From NCBI GenBank assembly GCA_007129405.1, contig SKVN01000047.1, positions 1 through 56,304 on the forward strand: a stretch of 56,304 nucleotides of DNA. Reading direction: 5' to 3'. Below the pieces are notes generated by a model. The model worked only from the letters and a program-made list of their open reading frames with translations, was not told the DNA's origin and made no database searches. Source of the DNA: Kiritimatiellia bacterium. GTDB taxonomy: Bacteria; Verrucomicrobiota; Kiritimatiellia; UBA8416. Positions 27,337 to 38,124 of this stretch are shown here, piece by piece (the stretch's first letter is position 1; each line of letters begins with the position of its first letter). The translations under genes and the position numbers were made by a program.

Positions 27337-28179
27337 TCAAACTTTTTTACCCAAGCTGTATTGGAGAATGCGGTGCAGGTATTGTTTCAGTTCACTGCGG
27401 TTTACAATGGCATCGAGAAATCCATGCTCGAGTAAATATTCAGCCGTCTGAAAGTCGTCCGGAAGTTTTTCCTTGATGGTTTGTTCAATGACGCGGCGAC
27501 CGGCAAAGCCGATGAGCGCGCCGGGTTCAGCAAGATTTATGTCTCCCACCGTTGCATAACTTGCAGATACGCCGCCATAGGTGGGGTCTGTCATGATGCT
27601 AATGTAGGGGAGACCAGCGCGGTCGAGTCTGGCGATACCAGCACAGGTTTTTGCCATTTGCATGAGAGATACAATCCCTTCATGCATGCGGGCACCACCG
27701 GATGCTGAGAAAATCAACAAGGCTCGTTTCATTCGTAGGGCATGCTCGGCAGCTAACAAGATTTTTTCGCCTGTGGCGCTGGCAAGACTACCTCCGAGGA
27801 ATCGGAAATCCATAATGGCAAAGGTAGCACGAATGCCATGAATGTCGCCACTGCCCGTTACGACAGCTTCGTTTAAGCCGGTTTTGGCGATTGCATCATC
27901 CGCTTTTTGGCGGTAGGTGCCCTTTGCGTCCCGGAATTCGAGCGGGTCATTGGGTTTTATTCCTGCATTGAACTCACGGAATGTACCATCATCTATGATC
28001 AGGCTTATGCGCTCTGCAGCAGTTAAGCGTTCATGATGATTGCACTTCGGGCAGACTTTGAATGCACTTTCATATTCATCTTTATAAATGTGTGCTTTAC
28101 ATCGTGGACAAACAGCAAACAAGCCTTCCGGAATTTCATTCTGCTGTTTTTTTCCAGCCGATCGGTTGAACCATCCCAT
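27337..28179 (-). CDS. accD: Acetyl-CoA carboxylase carboxyltransferase subunit beta
   Basis: The N-terminal zinc ribbon is CPRC...CPKC. The remainder is a carboxyltransferase domain. Confidence 0.95.
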   Translation of the reverse strand: MGWFNRSAGKKQQNEIPEGLFAVCPRCKAHIYKDEYESAFKVCPKCNHHERLTAAERISLIIDDGTFREFNAGIKPNDPLEFRDAKGTYRQKADDAIAKTGLNEAVVTGSGDIHGIRATFAIMDFRFLGGSLASATGEKILLAAEHALRMKRALLIFSASGGARMHEGIVSLMQMAKTCAGIARLDRAGLPYISIMTDPTYGGVSASYATVGDINLAEPGALIGFAGRRVIEQTIKEKLPDDFQTAEYLLEHGFLDAIVNRSELKQYLHRILQYSLGKKV

Positions 28180-28257
28180 CAGGGACTCCTTTCGTAAATG
28201 TGCAAACTCCCATTATCGGTACAGATGTCTTTGAAACAAGCGAAAAATATGAGTATG

Positions 28258-29562
28258 TCAGGAATTGTTTTCTGGTTGTTCTGTTGACGCGGATGCCTGT
28301 CGACAGGCAGGCAAGAGGGCAAGTAGCGCAAAGGTATTGGCTACGGCGGACCATATGAGAATGTGCCAGGTCTGGCTATGGAAGAGTGCACTGGCAGCAA
28401 TATAGATGATCGCGGCTACGATTACCCAGCATGCGGGCCGGAAACGCTTTTGCGCGACAAGAAACTGCAGGCAGGTATTGAGCAGAGCAGAAATGCCCAT
28501 GATGATTGCCATCGCCATGGTCATGGCTACTAAAGCGGGGGATGGATGGTGTATGCCAAACAGAAATGTAAGCAAGAATCGGGGGAAGAGCAGGCATCCC
28601 GCTATAGCAATGGCTGCGCAAAGGGCCGTGTATAAGAGTGATTGTTTGAAAATGAGAAACTGTTGGCGGGTGATCTGGCCGGCTGTGGTTACTTTTGGAA
28701 ACATAGCGATAACGATTGTGCTAGATAAAAAGACCGTCATTCTGCCGAGAGTAGCGGCATATGCAAAAGCATCCTCTTGTGGAATAAGGTGTTTTACGAG
28801 AATAACATCTGCCGTCATTAATGTGGCATAGGCCAATTGCACGAGACCGCTTTGCAGCAGGAAAGACCGCAACTTGGGTAAGGGTGCTGGTGAGGGGTGC
28901 TGTTTGTGCATGATCCAGTACAGGCCGACTGCCAGTGCAATTACGTGTAAGCCGGTTCCGGCGCCATGTCCGAGGAGTCCCCATCCGCTGGTCGGGTAGA
29001 AGGTCCAGATTAAAAGGGTGCCGAGGAGAACGCGTGTAACGGATCCTGCCATGGTCGTCCCGGCGTTCCAACCAAATCGTTGTATGCCTTGTGAAACGCC
29101 GAGTACCACAGGCAGCATCAAGAATGCAGGTAGGGAAATGGCCGCAACGATAACAGGTCCGGTCCGGTCGATATGTAGCATTTGGCTTATCGGGTTTCGG
29201 AAAAGGACTCCGAGGGTAGCCAGAGCCAGTCCCGCGTACATACTGCGCAGTAGCCAGCGTGTGCATAAACGCCTTACATCGCCATTTCGACCAGTCTGCA
29301 TCAGCAGGCTGCTATAACGACTGAGGGCGGTGGTGAGTGTCATCAGTGGGTATTGAACGATCAGAAGGGCGCCTACGAAAGCTGCGAGGAGGGTGTATTC
29401 CTCCGCCGGGAGTTTGCGGCTTACAATCATTTGATACAGTAGATTGAGAACATGTGCCGTCAGATATCCCGCAAAGAGCAGGGCGCTATGTCGGAGCATG
29501 TGGTTTTCTTTAAGCTGCCGCTGTATCGCCTGGCCGAGACTATGGTGGAAGGAGAATTGCAT
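28258..29562 (-). CDS. Polysaccharide flippase (Wzx/MOP-family) membrane protein
   Basis: The 434-aa ORF is polytopic and hydrophobic, with MOP-flippase-like organisation. The family call is by topology and context only. Confidence 0.65.
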   Translation of the reverse strand: MQFSFHHSLGQAIQRQLKENHMLRHSALLFAGYLTAHVLNLLYQMIVSRKLPAEEYTLLAAFVGALLIVQYPLMTLTTALSRYSSLLMQTGRNGDVRRLCTRWLLRSMYAGLALATLGVLFRNPISQMLHIDRTGPVIVAAISLPAFLMLPVVLGVSQGIQRFGWNAGTTMAGSVTRVLLGTLLIWTFYPTSGWGLLGHGAGTGLHVIALAVGLYWIMHKQHPSPAPLPKLRSFLLQSGLVQLAYATLMTADVILVKHLIPQEDAFAYAATLGRMTVFLSSTIVIAMFPKVTTAGQITRQQFLIFKQSLLYTALCAAIAIAGCLLFPRFLLTFLFGIHHPSPALVAMTMAMAIIMGISALLNTCLQFLVAQKRFRPACWVIVAAIIYIAASALFHSQTWHILIWSAVANTFALLALLPACRQASASTEQPENNS

Positions 29563-29605
29563 ATGAAGTTTATCCTACGGTACTGGTCGTCATATGGTGG
29601 ATAGC

Positions 29606-31090
29606 TTAATCTGTTTTGTCGATATCGGCAATCAAGCCTTGTACCCAGAAGCGGGGACGTAGCCAAATCGTTTCCCGGTCATGGGTACGGACATGCAGGA
29701 CATATTGTGTAATGCGCTGATTTGCCATTGGTAAATCGCGTGCGGCAATATAACAGAGCGTTGCTGTTGCTGCGGTTATGATGGCATGCCAGACAAAACT
29801 TTGCCAAGGTGAGGAGACTGCCTTTTCGCGTTTTGTTGTTGGGTGCAGTGCCAGTAGCCACCCGCCGATAATTGCAAGCCAGAGCTGGCTGTAGGGCGCG
29901 GCTATGACTCCGTCGACCATGGCTTGTGTACTTGACGCGAGTATGGCGGCGGCTAGACACCCATATAGCGCATGGGTTTTGTGCGAAGCATGATCTTTTT
30001 GCAGCACTCTGGCTGTTGCCCATGCCGCTTTCATCAGCAAGCCACAAACGATGAACAAAGACGGCAATCCCCACTCCGCCGCCCATTGCAATAGCGCCTG
30101 ATGCGGGCTTGCTCCCGGAACTGGCGGTGATGCATCCGCGTAATGCATGGGGCCCACGCCCAGCAATGGACGTTGCAGGGTAAGTTCCGCTGCCCGCCGC
30201 CACATGAAATCGCGTCCCGTTAAACTTGTGGTGATCCGCGCTGTTGCGTGATTTTCTACAGCAGTATGCATTTGGCCTGGGATCCATGTCATTATCAAAT
30301 AGAACAGTACTAGTCCACCTGCTGCCATTGCCAGTTGCCATTTTGCCCAGCGTCGTCCGGTCGGGCAGAGAGCAGCCATTGCCGCTGCGGCGAATGCCAG
30401 TCCTAACCAGGTACCTCTTGTGCCGCTGGCAATCGCTTGCGTCCACCACATGATCCCGAGCACAATAGCAGCACCCTGCCACCGTCGTCTTATTCCCTTT
30501 GCCAACAAAGGCCACACAAGCAAGGGTAGCGTTAGTGTTTGGAATTGACCGTACATGCGGATATTCGGGAAGCCCTGCAAGAGTGATCGGGTGTCAATCG
30601 ATCCGAATCCGCTGGTGATCGATGCCGCATATGCCGACAGAAACTTTACGGTCATTACACTGCACAGAAAGAAAACGGTAGTTAGCAGTGCGCGGTCCAG
30701 CAGTGCGCCGCAGTGTTGTTTGCGCAAGGTAAAGACGGTCCAGCCGAGGGCGACACACATCGTTATTAATGAGATTTCTGTTAACGCCCATAACGGTTGT
30801 CTTGCGCGTGCTGCAGAACATAATCCCAAGGCGAGTACGGTTGCCAGACAAATGCGATCCATGCGGCTGACAGGGGCGGTTTCTGTCGCGGATCGTCGGC
30901 GGAGTAATGGCGAACCAGTTGCTACCAGTGTAAAAATGATAATTTGCATCAGACGATGTTGATCGAACAACGGCAATCCAAACAGGGGGGGCGTCAAGGG
31001 TAGGAGTACGGTAAGCAGAGCCCCGAGCCAAAACCATATCCAGACTGGATGAATTTTCCTTGTTTGTTCGGTCATGTTCGATTGGTGCAT
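29606..31090 (-). CDS. O-antigen ligase (Wzy_C/RfaL-like) family membrane protein
   Basis: The protein is polytopic with a large loop containing an RGTWLGL-type motif. The start was moved to the internal ATG at 31090. The upstream ORF extension runs across the pnp terminator hairpin. Confidence 0.65.
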   Translation of the reverse strand: MHQSNMTEQTRKIHPVWIWFWLGALLTVLLPLTPPLFGLPLFDQHRLMQIIIFTLVATGSPLLRRRSATETAPVSRMDRICLATVLALGLCSAARARQPLWALTEISLITMCVALGWTVFTLRKQHCGALLDRALLTTVFFLCSVMTVKFLSAYAASITSGFGSIDTRSLLQGFPNIRMYGQFQTLTLPLLVWPLLAKGIRRRWQGAAIVLGIMWWTQAIASGTRGTWLGLAFAAAAMAALCPTGRRWAKWQLAMAAGGLVLFYLIMTWIPGQMHTAVENHATARITTSLTGRDFMWRRAAELTLQRPLLGVGPMHYADASPPVPGASPHQALLQWAAEWGLPSLFIVCGLLMKAAWATARVLQKDHASHKTHALYGCLAAAILASSTQAMVDGVIAAPYSQLWLAIIGGWLLALHPTTKREKAVSSPWQSFVWHAIITAATATLCYIAARDLPMANQRITQYVLHVRTHDRETIWLRPRFWVQGLIADIDKTD

Positions 31091-31153
31091 TTTTAGCTGA
31101 TAGCATTTGTGGTGTACAAAGTCGAGTGCTGGTATCTTGTGAAAGGCCAAATG

Positions 31154-31187
31154 CAACAAGGGGAAGCACTGCTGCTTCCCCTTGTTG
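31154..31187 (-). terminator. 15-bp perfect hairpin just after the pnp stop
   Basis: CAACAAGGGGAAGCA-CTGC-TGCTTCCCCTTGTTG. The U-tract is poor. Confidence 0.5.
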
Positions 31188-31213
31188 GGTATCAATATTA
31201 TCCTGATTCTGTT

Positions 31214-33319
31214 TTAGGCGTTGGCTTCGCGGTCGAGATCTTCCATGGCGGCCCGACGGCTCAGTTTCACGCGGCCACGATCATCGATGCCGATGCACTT
31301 GACTTTCATGACATCACCAACTTTGCAGATGTCTTCCACGCTGTTGACACGGAAGTCGGCAAGCTCGCTGATGTGGACGAGTCCATCACGTCCCGGCAGG
31401 ATTTCGACGAAAGCGCCAAAATCTTTTACTCCGGTAACGCGACCTTCGTAGATTTCGCCTTCTTCGGGTTCCATGGTGATGGCCTTTACTTCGGCGATGG
31501 CTTTTTCCATTGCTTCTCCATTGCTGGCATAGATGCTGACGGTTCCATCTTCGGCAATATCGATTTGCGCGCCAGAGCGCTCTGTAATGCCACGGATGTT
31601 TTTACCGCCTGGGCCGATCAGTTCACCAATTTTTTCGGGATCGATCTGAATGGATTCGATGCGCGGTGCATAGGTGGACATGGTTTCGCGTGGCGCAGAG
31701 ATTACGGATTCCATGTAGTCGAGAATTTGTCCACGGGCTTTTTGGGCCATGCTGAATGCGCCTTCCACAAGTTCCCAGGTTAGTCCCGGGATTTTGAGAT
31801 CGACTTGGAAGCCGGTGATGCCCTTGCGGGTACCCGCAACCTTGAAGTCCATGTCACCACAGTGATCTTCGGTTCCTAAGATATCGATAACCAATTCGGA
31901 TTTGTCTTTGCCTGTGAAGAGACCGACGGAGATGCCTGCGACTGGCGCGGTAATCGGAATACCTGCATCCATCATGGCAAGGGTACCGACGCAGATACTA
32001 GCCATGGAGGATGAGCCGTTTGATCCCATGATGTCGGAAACCAGCCGCACGGTGTAGGGGTAGTCTGCAGGCATCACTTCTCGCAGCGAGCGTTCTGCAA
32101 GAGCACCATGCCCGATCTCGCGGCGACCGGTGCTACCTAGACGCCCGCATTCGCCTACGCTGTAGGGTGGGAAGTTGTAATGGAGCATGAAACTCTTGAT
32201 TTTTTCACCGCCGGTGATGGCGTCCATACTCTGTTTGTCCGATTTGGTTCCGAGCGTGACGGTTCCGAGTGCCTGGGTTTCCCCGCGGTTAAACACAGCG
32301 GATCCGTGTGTACGTGGTAGTACGTTGACCTGTGCGCTCAAAGGACGTAATTCATCAAAGGCTCTTCCATCGACACGGATGCCGTGATCTAAAACGTTTT
32401 TGCGAACGATTTCGATTTCGAGTTGATCAAACATTGCACGAAATTCCTCGTCGGTCATTTCCGGGAATTGCGCGAGCATTTTGTCTTTGAGTGTGTCACG
32501 GACTTCATTGACCTTGCCATGGCGTTCAAGTTTTCCGGCAATCTGGAGTGCTGCAGAGAGTGCATCACCGCTAGCAGCGCGTGCGGCGTCGAGCAGCGTT
32601 GTGTCGGGCGTGAACGGTTCAATGACTTTTTCTGGCAAACCAAGAGCCTTGCGGAGTTCGAGCTGCAGGTCACACAGTTTCACGCAGGCGTCATGTGCAA
32701 ATTTCATGGCGGCCACCAGATCGGCTTCGGCGATTTCCTTGCCGCTGCCTTCGATCATGAGAGGTAACGCACGGGTCGATGCATAGACAAGATCCAGATC
32801 ACTTTCCGTGCGTTGCTCATGCGTAGGGTTCAGCACAAACGCTCCGTTGATTCTACCGACCCGGACACCAGCAATAGGCCCCATGAATGGAATTTCGGAG
32901 ATCATCAGTGCTGCACTGGAAACGGTGATGTTGTGCACGTCTGAGTCATGAATGCCATCTGCCGACAGCAACATGTTGTTAATCTGCACATCGTTGAAGT
33001 AATGGGCAGGGAACAGTGGACGGATAGGACGATCCGTGAAGCGTGCTGTTAGAATTTCGCCTTCACTGGGGCGTGCTTCGCGTTTGAAGAATCCGCCGGG
33101 AAACCGTCCGGCAGCATAGAATTTCTCGCGATATTCTACCTGCAAGGGGAAGAAGTCGATGCCTTCCCGCGGTTTATCCGTGCAGGTTACCGCGGAGAAT
33201 AAAACCGTTTCCCCGATGGTGATCGAGCAGGCACCAGCAGCTTGTTGGGCTAACAGTCCGGCCTCTAGTTTGATTTCGTTTTCGCCAACCATGGCGGCTA
33301 CGGATGTTGCATTTTGCAT
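31214..33319 (-). CDS. pnp: Polyribonucleotide nucleotidyltransferase (PNPase)
   Basis: The 701-aa ORF has two RNase PH domains followed by KH and S1 domains. Confidence 0.98.
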   Translation of the reverse strand: MQNATSVAAMVGENEIKLEAGLLAQQAAGACSITIGETVLFSAVTCTDKPREGIDFFPLQVEYREKFYAAGRFPGGFFKREARPSEGEILTARFTDRPIRPLFPAHYFNDVQINNMLLSADGIHDSDVHNITVSSAALMISEIPFMGPIAGVRVGRINGAFVLNPTHEQRTESDLDLVYASTRALPLMIEGSGKEIAEADLVAAMKFAHDACVKLCDLQLELRKALGLPEKVIEPFTPDTTLLDAARAASGDALSAALQIAGKLERHGKVNEVRDTLKDKMLAQFPEMTDEEFRAMFDQLEIEIVRKNVLDHGIRVDGRAFDELRPLSAQVNVLPRTHGSAVFNRGETQALGTVTLGTKSDKQSMDAITGGEKIKSFMLHYNFPPYSVGECGRLGSTGRREIGHGALAERSLREVMPADYPYTVRLVSDIMGSNGSSSMASICVGTLAMMDAGIPITAPVAGISVGLFTGKDKSELVIDILGTEDHCGDMDFKVAGTRKGITGFQVDLKIPGLTWELVEGAFSMAQKARGQILDYMESVISAPRETMSTYAPRIESIQIDPEKIGELIGPGGKNIRGITERSGAQIDIAEDGTVSIYASNGEAMEKAIAEVKAITMEPEEGEIYEGRVTGVKDFGAFVEILPGRDGLVHISELADFRVNSVEDICKVGDVMKVKCIGIDDRGRVKLSRRAAMEDLDREANA

Positions 33320-33387
33320 GTTACTTTCCTTCTTTGAGTAGCCGCCGGAGAATTTGACTTGTTTTGATCCGGAGGCCGTTTTGTTGA

Positions 33388-33457
33388 AATCCTGCCTAGC
33401 AAGTCTGTGTATGCGATCTGCCGCCCAATCTATGATTTGGTACGGCAGGGCAGGATT
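33388..33457 (-). promoter_or_regulatory. Nested hairpin in the rpsO-pnp intergenic leader
   Basis: The outer pairing joins 33388-33396 with 33449-33457. The inner pairing joins 33418-33423 with 33443-33448. The position matches the RNase III-processed pnp leader known in E. coli. Confidence 0.4.
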
Positions 33458-33471
33458 GGCTTGTTCCCGGA

Positions 33472-33735
33472 TTAGCGGCGTATACCTAGATCCTTGATGA
33501 GGCTCTGGTAACGGTCTACGTCCGTTTCCTTGAGATAATCCAGCAGGCGCCGACGGGCACTAACCATTTTGATCAGGCCATGTCGGGAGCTGTGATCTTT
33601 TTTGTTAACCTTCAGATGCTCGGTTAACTTTTGAATGCGACTGGTGAGTACAGCAATCTGTACATCGGATGAACCGGTGTCCCGTTCATGCCGCTGATAT
33701 TTTTCCTGAATATTTGCTTTGTCAATCTGACTCAT
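33472..33735 (-). CDS. rpsO: 30S ribosomal protein S15
   Basis: The 87-aa ORF contains [11 protein letters not shown] and HSSRHGL. Confidence 0.97.
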   Translation of the reverse strand: MSQIDKANIQEKYQRHERDTGSSDVQIAVLTSRIQKLTEHLKVNKKDHSSRHGLIKMVSARRRLLDYLKETDVDRYQSLIKDLGIRR

Positions 33736-33897
33736 AACCTACGTTATCCTCTTCTCGAGCTTCTCTAACTAAACTTCCCTTGCTTATGTGGGGGGGGAAT
33801 ATAGACTTCACGCATGCGTGTGTAAAGCAGGATTTTTGCTTGCAAGCAGGATTTTTTTTGTATTTACCCTGCTCTGCAGTAGATACCCTCACAGGAA

Positions 33898-35622
33898 ATG
33901 CAAACAGAGCCAACCAATGGTGTAATGATTATGGAACGATTATCTTATGACAAGGCCGAGCAAATCATACGTTCGCTGGGTTTATTAATTAGCAATTCGC
34001 AGGTATATGGGGCGCAGCATGGGGTGACCCAGAATGCTGCGCAGGCTTGTTTCGCGACGTTGGAAACGGTTTGGCCGTCGGGCGAGGTTGCGGTTGTATT
34101 GTCTGACGATTCCCTGAGCGTTAACGGCGTATCGGTTGAGCAGAAGAATCCTCTGGTCAAGGGATTCGTGGAGCACATGGAAAAGTTGGACCTTTCGAAT
34201 TTTACGCTGAAACCCGAAATGACGCGTGCCCAATTTTCTGCTTTTCAGGAGATTTTGTTGGCCCCCGCGGCAGATTTGAATGCTTTGGGTGGCGTGATTG
34301 GAGCGATTGCTGCCGTGGGGCTTACGGATGTGATTACGACCCGGAAGATTTCTTATGTTGAAGTTACCGAGGACGAAATGGTGGTGGGAAAGGGGACGAT
34401 TGTTGCGCCCGAATCCGAGGATGCGAAGAAACAACAATTGGAGCAGGTGACGCAATATTTGCGAGGTGATGCAGATGCGGCGGATTCGGAGGCTTCGGCG
34501 CGTGTACGTGCATTGGCGGAAGATTCGGAACATTTGACAACGGCTATTGTTGAGGCCGCTGCATCCAAAGGCGCTGGGGATGATGGGGTGACAAAAGAAA
34601 TTGTTGCCATTCTGCAACGTGTTTATTTGGCACTTACCTCTGCTCCCACGTTTCATACCCAGAAGACGAAGAAGCAGATTCACAAGACGTTGTCGCAGGT
34701 GGAGAAAGAATTGCAGGAAAAATTAACGGAGGCGCATCTGGCGGATGATGATGCGTTTCAGTCCATTCATGATGTGATTGAGACGATGGAAGATGAGCTT
34801 ACGATTGACGCTTTGTCACAAGAGTATGTGAAGCGTCGCGGTGCGATCAGCAGTAGTGAGAAACGTATTTTACGTTTTATGAAAAACAAGACGGTTGAAG
34901 TGATCGAGGAGTCCGATCTGAAATCGCGTCTAATTGAAGGGGGCTTGGCGCCTGAGGATTGGCACGATCTGATGGTTAAGAGTGGCGTGATTGAAGCGAG
35001 TGCGACACCGGAATCGACGCGTGGTTCTGCCCTGGCTGGGGACGGGGGGCTCGATGGTGCAGACGAAACCATTCTGCATTTGCATGAACTCATACAAAAG
35101 CTGGAAACAGATGTTGGCCTGGGACAAGGTGGTGATGGCGAAATGGGACGAGGGGGTGCCATCACTGGTGATGCTGAATCTGCCGAGGGGCAATGCGCCG
35201 TTATGCTTCGCATACCAGAGAAGGTGTTGCAGCAAGATGTAGAAGCTGTTCAGCAGCAGGTGAACCGGATTGTGTTGCATGCGGAGAAGCGTATCGAACA
35301 ACTGGTGCGCGAAGTTGAGGGAGCCGCAACGGACAAGACGGATCGGAGCGATAAACCGCGGATTTCACAACAGCGGCTTTTCGAAATTCTTGCTGAGTTG
35401 GGGCAGGAATTGTGTCAACCGCTTTCAGTGATCAATTGCTCTGTCGATACATTGATGTCTGGTATGATAGGGGAGATCAGTGATGTGCAGCGTAAAATGT
35501 TGGAACTATCTTCTGAAAGTACCACCAAGATGAAATTGCTAGTGGATAAGCTGATTGCGATTGCAGGTGTTCCAGAGGGGCGCAATGTCGACAAGGCCAT
35601 ACAATCGTCCTTGATACAGTGA
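33898..35622 (+). CDS. Hypothetical soluble protein with a C-terminal HisKA-like helix lacking the phospho-acceptor His
   Basis: The 574-aa ORF has no TM segment and an acidic middle region. The C-terminus ILAELGQELCQPLSVINCSVDTL resembles the H-box FLA.MSHELRTPL. The start is uncertain, with ATGs at 33898, 33925 and 33931. Confidence 0.65.
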   Translation: MQTEPTNGVMIMERLSYDKAEQIIRSLGLLISNSQVYGAQHGVTQNAAQACFATLETVWPSGEVAVVLSDDSLSVNGVSVEQKNPLVKGFVEHMEKLDLSNFTLKPEMTRAQFSAFQEILLAPAADLNALGGVIGAIAAVGLTDVITTRKISYVEVTEDEMVVGKGTIVAPESEDAKKQQLEQVTQYLRGDADAADSEASARVRALAEDSEHLTTAIVEAAASKGAGDDGVTKEIVAILQRVYLALTSAPTFHTQKTKKQIHKTLSQVEKELQEKLTEAHLADDDAFQSIHDVIETMEDELTIDALSQEYVKRRGAISSSEKRILRFMKNKTVEVIEESDLKSRLIEGGLAPEDWHDLMVKSGVIEASATPESTRGSALAGDGGLDGADETILHLHELIQKLETDVGLGQGGDGEMGRGGAITGDAESAEGQCAVMLRIPEKVLQQDVEAVQQQVNRIVLHAEKRIEQLVREVEGAATDKTDRSDKPRISQQRLFEILAELGQELCQPLSVINCSVDTLMSGMIGEISDVQRKMLELSSESTTKMKLLVDKLIAIAGVPEGRNVDKAIQSSLIQ

Positions 35623-35778
35623 AAATGGGGTACAGCGGGGTTGTGTCGCGGTTTCGAAATGCTGTTTCAGCCTCACGAATGGCCTGGGAGCTGATGTGTT
35701 GCAATATCGGATTTCGCGTGAGAAGCCTACAGATGGTCTGGGCCTATTCGGATCGTTTCGAACGGGTTGAGCGATCCC

Positions 35779-35815
35779 AAAAGCCGGATTGCCCAAGAAC
35801 GGCAATCCGGCTTTT
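35779..35815. terminator. Bidirectional rho-independent terminator
   Basis: AAAAGCCGGATTGCC-CAAGAAC-GGCAATCCGGCTTTT lies between convergent genes, with an A-tract and a T-tract on either side. Confidence 0.8.
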
Positions 35816-35831
35816 ACGGGTCTGTTGTTTA

Positions 35832-37625
35832 TCATCCGTACAGGGGACCATAGGCTGCGCAGGCGCGGAAGTCTGCACCTTCCAGATCGGCTGTTCCGAA
35901 AGATGCCCATGCACTTGGACGGAAGATTTTATCTTCTGGGACGTTGTGCATGAATACGGGGATACGCAGCAGTGCTGCTAACGAAATCAAGTCTGCCCCG
36001 ATATGGCCGTAGCAGAATGCGCCGTGATTGGCACCCCAGTTGGCCATGACGGAATAGACGTCGCGGAATGCGCCTTCGCCCGTTGTCCGAGGCACGAACC
36101 ATGTGGTCGGCCATGTGTTGTTGGTGCGGTCATCGAGTGTTTTGTGTACTTTTGCCGGTAGTTCTACGGTGGTACCTTCCGCAATTTGCAGGACCGGGCC
36201 GAGTCCTTTTACAAGGTTGATGCGGCTCATGGTGACAGGCATCCCTGCTTTGGTTGTGAATTTACTGGACCAGCCGCCCCCAGGGAAGTACTCGGTGACG
36301 GAGGGGTGCCAGGTCGTGGCATTGAGGCAAGCTTTCGCTTCCTTGCGGGTAATCTCCCAGAAGGGCTTCATCGCGGGCTCCCCGTTGCTGGACTGCTGCC
36401 CGCTACCATCAAGTGCGGCGGAGCCGGAGTTGATGAGGTGGATGATGCCGTTGGCGGCAGGGCCTTCCACATCGTGGCCTGTGACGCGCTTGATTGCTTC
36501 CGGGCTCCAGTAGGTTCGAACATCGGCAAACACTTGTGCCGTATTGGTCAGGAGATATGAGAGCAGCATGGGGACGCCATTCAGGCTATCGTTTTCCGTG
36601 GCGACCAGCCGTGGCATCCGAATGCCACTCCAGTCGAATGAACTATTGGAAATGGCCTCGAGGAAGTCCCCGTTGGCATATGCATCTGTCCAGTGGCGTT
36701 GCCCTTGGAATCCGCTGAGGATGGCGTTGTGTCCGCGTGATTCCTCGATTTTACCCATTTTCTTGAGTACGGGGTTGCCATACATAAGGTCGCGGGTGAT
36801 GATGGCCATTTTGACGGATTGTTCCCATTCGCTGTTGAGCTGTTTGCGCGAGCGTTTGGTGCCTTTGCTATTGGGGTCAAAGCCCTCCTTGCAGTTTTCT
36901 TTTACCCATTGCATGGCTTGTTTGTATTCTTCCTGATCGTAGATTCCGTCGCGCATACGGCGCGCAAACTCGGTGAGGTCGATGGCTTCGACACGCATAC
37001 CAAGGTATGACTCGAAGAAGGCTTGATCGACGATGGAGCCAGCAATGCCCATCGAGCAACCGCCCATGGAGAGATAGGATTTACCGCGCATCATGGCTAA
37101 GGCCAGACCAGCCTTTGTGAAGCGCAGGATTTTTTCGGCGACGTCTGCTGGTATATTGCTATCGCCGCCATCCTGTACGTCGCGCCCGTAGATGCCAAAT
37201 GCAGGGAGTCCTTTCTGCGTGTGTCCGGCGAGCACGGCTGCTAGATAAACAGCACCCGGTCGTTCGGTGCCATTAAAGCCCCAGACTGCTTTGGGTCGCA
37301 AGGGGTCCATATCCATGGTTTCCGAGCCGTAGCACCAGCAAGGGGTAACGGTGAGAGAAACGCCTACATTTTCACGATCGAATTTTTCGGCACAAGCGGC
37401 AGATTCCGCAACGCCACCAATGCAGGTGTCGGCGATGACACATTCGACAGGTGTTCCGTTGGGGTATTTCAGAGAACTGGTAATGAGCTCAGAGGCGCGT
37501 TTCGCCATATCCATCACTTGGCCTTCGAGTGATTCCCGCACACCGCCGTACCGTCCATCGATGGTAGGGCGAATCCCGACTTTGGGTAATGTTGTGATCC
37601 ATGTTGGCGTTTTCTTTTTGGGCAT
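35832..37625 (-). CDS. fucI: L-fucose isomerase
   Basis: FucI homology runs throughout. The N-terminus [22 protein letters not shown] aligns with the E. coli FucI start, which supports the ATG at 37625. Confidence 0.93.
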   Translation of the reverse strand: MPKKKTPTWITTLPKVGIRPTIDGRYGGVRESLEGQVMDMAKRASELITSSLKYPNGTPVECVIADTCIGGVAESAACAEKFDRENVGVSLTVTPCWCYGSETMDMDPLRPKAVWGFNGTERPGAVYLAAVLAGHTQKGLPAFGIYGRDVQDGGDSNIPADVAEKILRFTKAGLALAMMRGKSYLSMGGCSMGIAGSIVDQAFFESYLGMRVEAIDLTEFARRMRDGIYDQEEYKQAMQWVKENCKEGFDPNSKGTKRSRKQLNSEWEQSVKMAIITRDLMYGNPVLKKMGKIEESRGHNAILSGFQGQRHWTDAYANGDFLEAISNSSFDWSGIRMPRLVATENDSLNGVPMLLSYLLTNTAQVFADVRTYWSPEAIKRVTGHDVEGPAANGIIHLINSGSAALDGSGQQSSNGEPAMKPFWEITRKEAKACLNATTWHPSVTEYFPGGGWSSKFTTKAGMPVTMSRINLVKGLGPVLQIAEGTTVELPAKVHKTLDDRTNNTWPTTWFVPRTTGEGAFRDVYSVMANWGANHGAFCYGHIGADLISLAALLRIPVFMHNVPEDKIFRPSAWASFGTADLEGADFRACAAYGPLYG

Positions 37626-37868
37626 GACTCTTGCTCCTGTTCTGTTTTGATGTGTTCCTGCTACGTAGAACTTCATTGCTGTGCGCACGTTATCTATCTT
37701 TCATGAACTATGGCGCGGGTTGCATTATAGTATTTTGATTTCAGATGTCCATAAGGTTTCGGGCTGCGCGTATTTTCGCAGTTCGTGCTTGCGCTTTTGT
37801 GTCATGTTATGCAGCATGAGAGAGGTTCATGTGCTAATTTGTGCATGGATGAAAAAATGATTACATGT

Positions 37869-38016
37869 ATCTTCGGGACAGGGTGGTGCCAGTGTATTGC
37901 TGGCGATTCCCGACCGGCGGTTATAGTCCGCGACTCTAGCGCAGCTAGATTGAGACGGTGAAATTCCGTTGCCGACAGTAGGAAGCGTTTTGCTTCGAGT
38001 CTGGATGGGAGGGGGT
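37869..38016 (+). promoter_or_regulatory. FMN riboswitch (RFN element)
   Basis: The conserved blocks are present in order: ATCTTCGGG.CAGGGTG, ATTCCCGACCGGCGGT, AGTCCGCGAC, GGTGAAATTCCGTTGCCGACAGT, AGTCTGGATGGGAG. It lies upstream of ribBA. Confidence 0.93.
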
Positions 38017-38124
38017 ACAGCGTTTATGCAAAGGCCTTGAAGGTTTTTTGCGTGTGCCTGTATTATGGTTCCTTCCGTGGCATGTCCCTGGTCCGAGGTG
38101 GTGTTTTGATACAGGAGGGTATGC

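Noticed and set aside
33985-34683. A 232-aa minus-strand ORF.
   Set aside because: It is antisense to the 574-aa plus-strand ORF. It is Arg/Asn/Leu-rich, whereas the plus-strand frame has a normal composition and the HisKA-like tail.
37626-37868. The long spacer between fucI and the FMN riboswitch as a possible additional element.
   Set aside because: I see only a divergent promoter region. There are no repeats, hairpins or ORFs that I can support.
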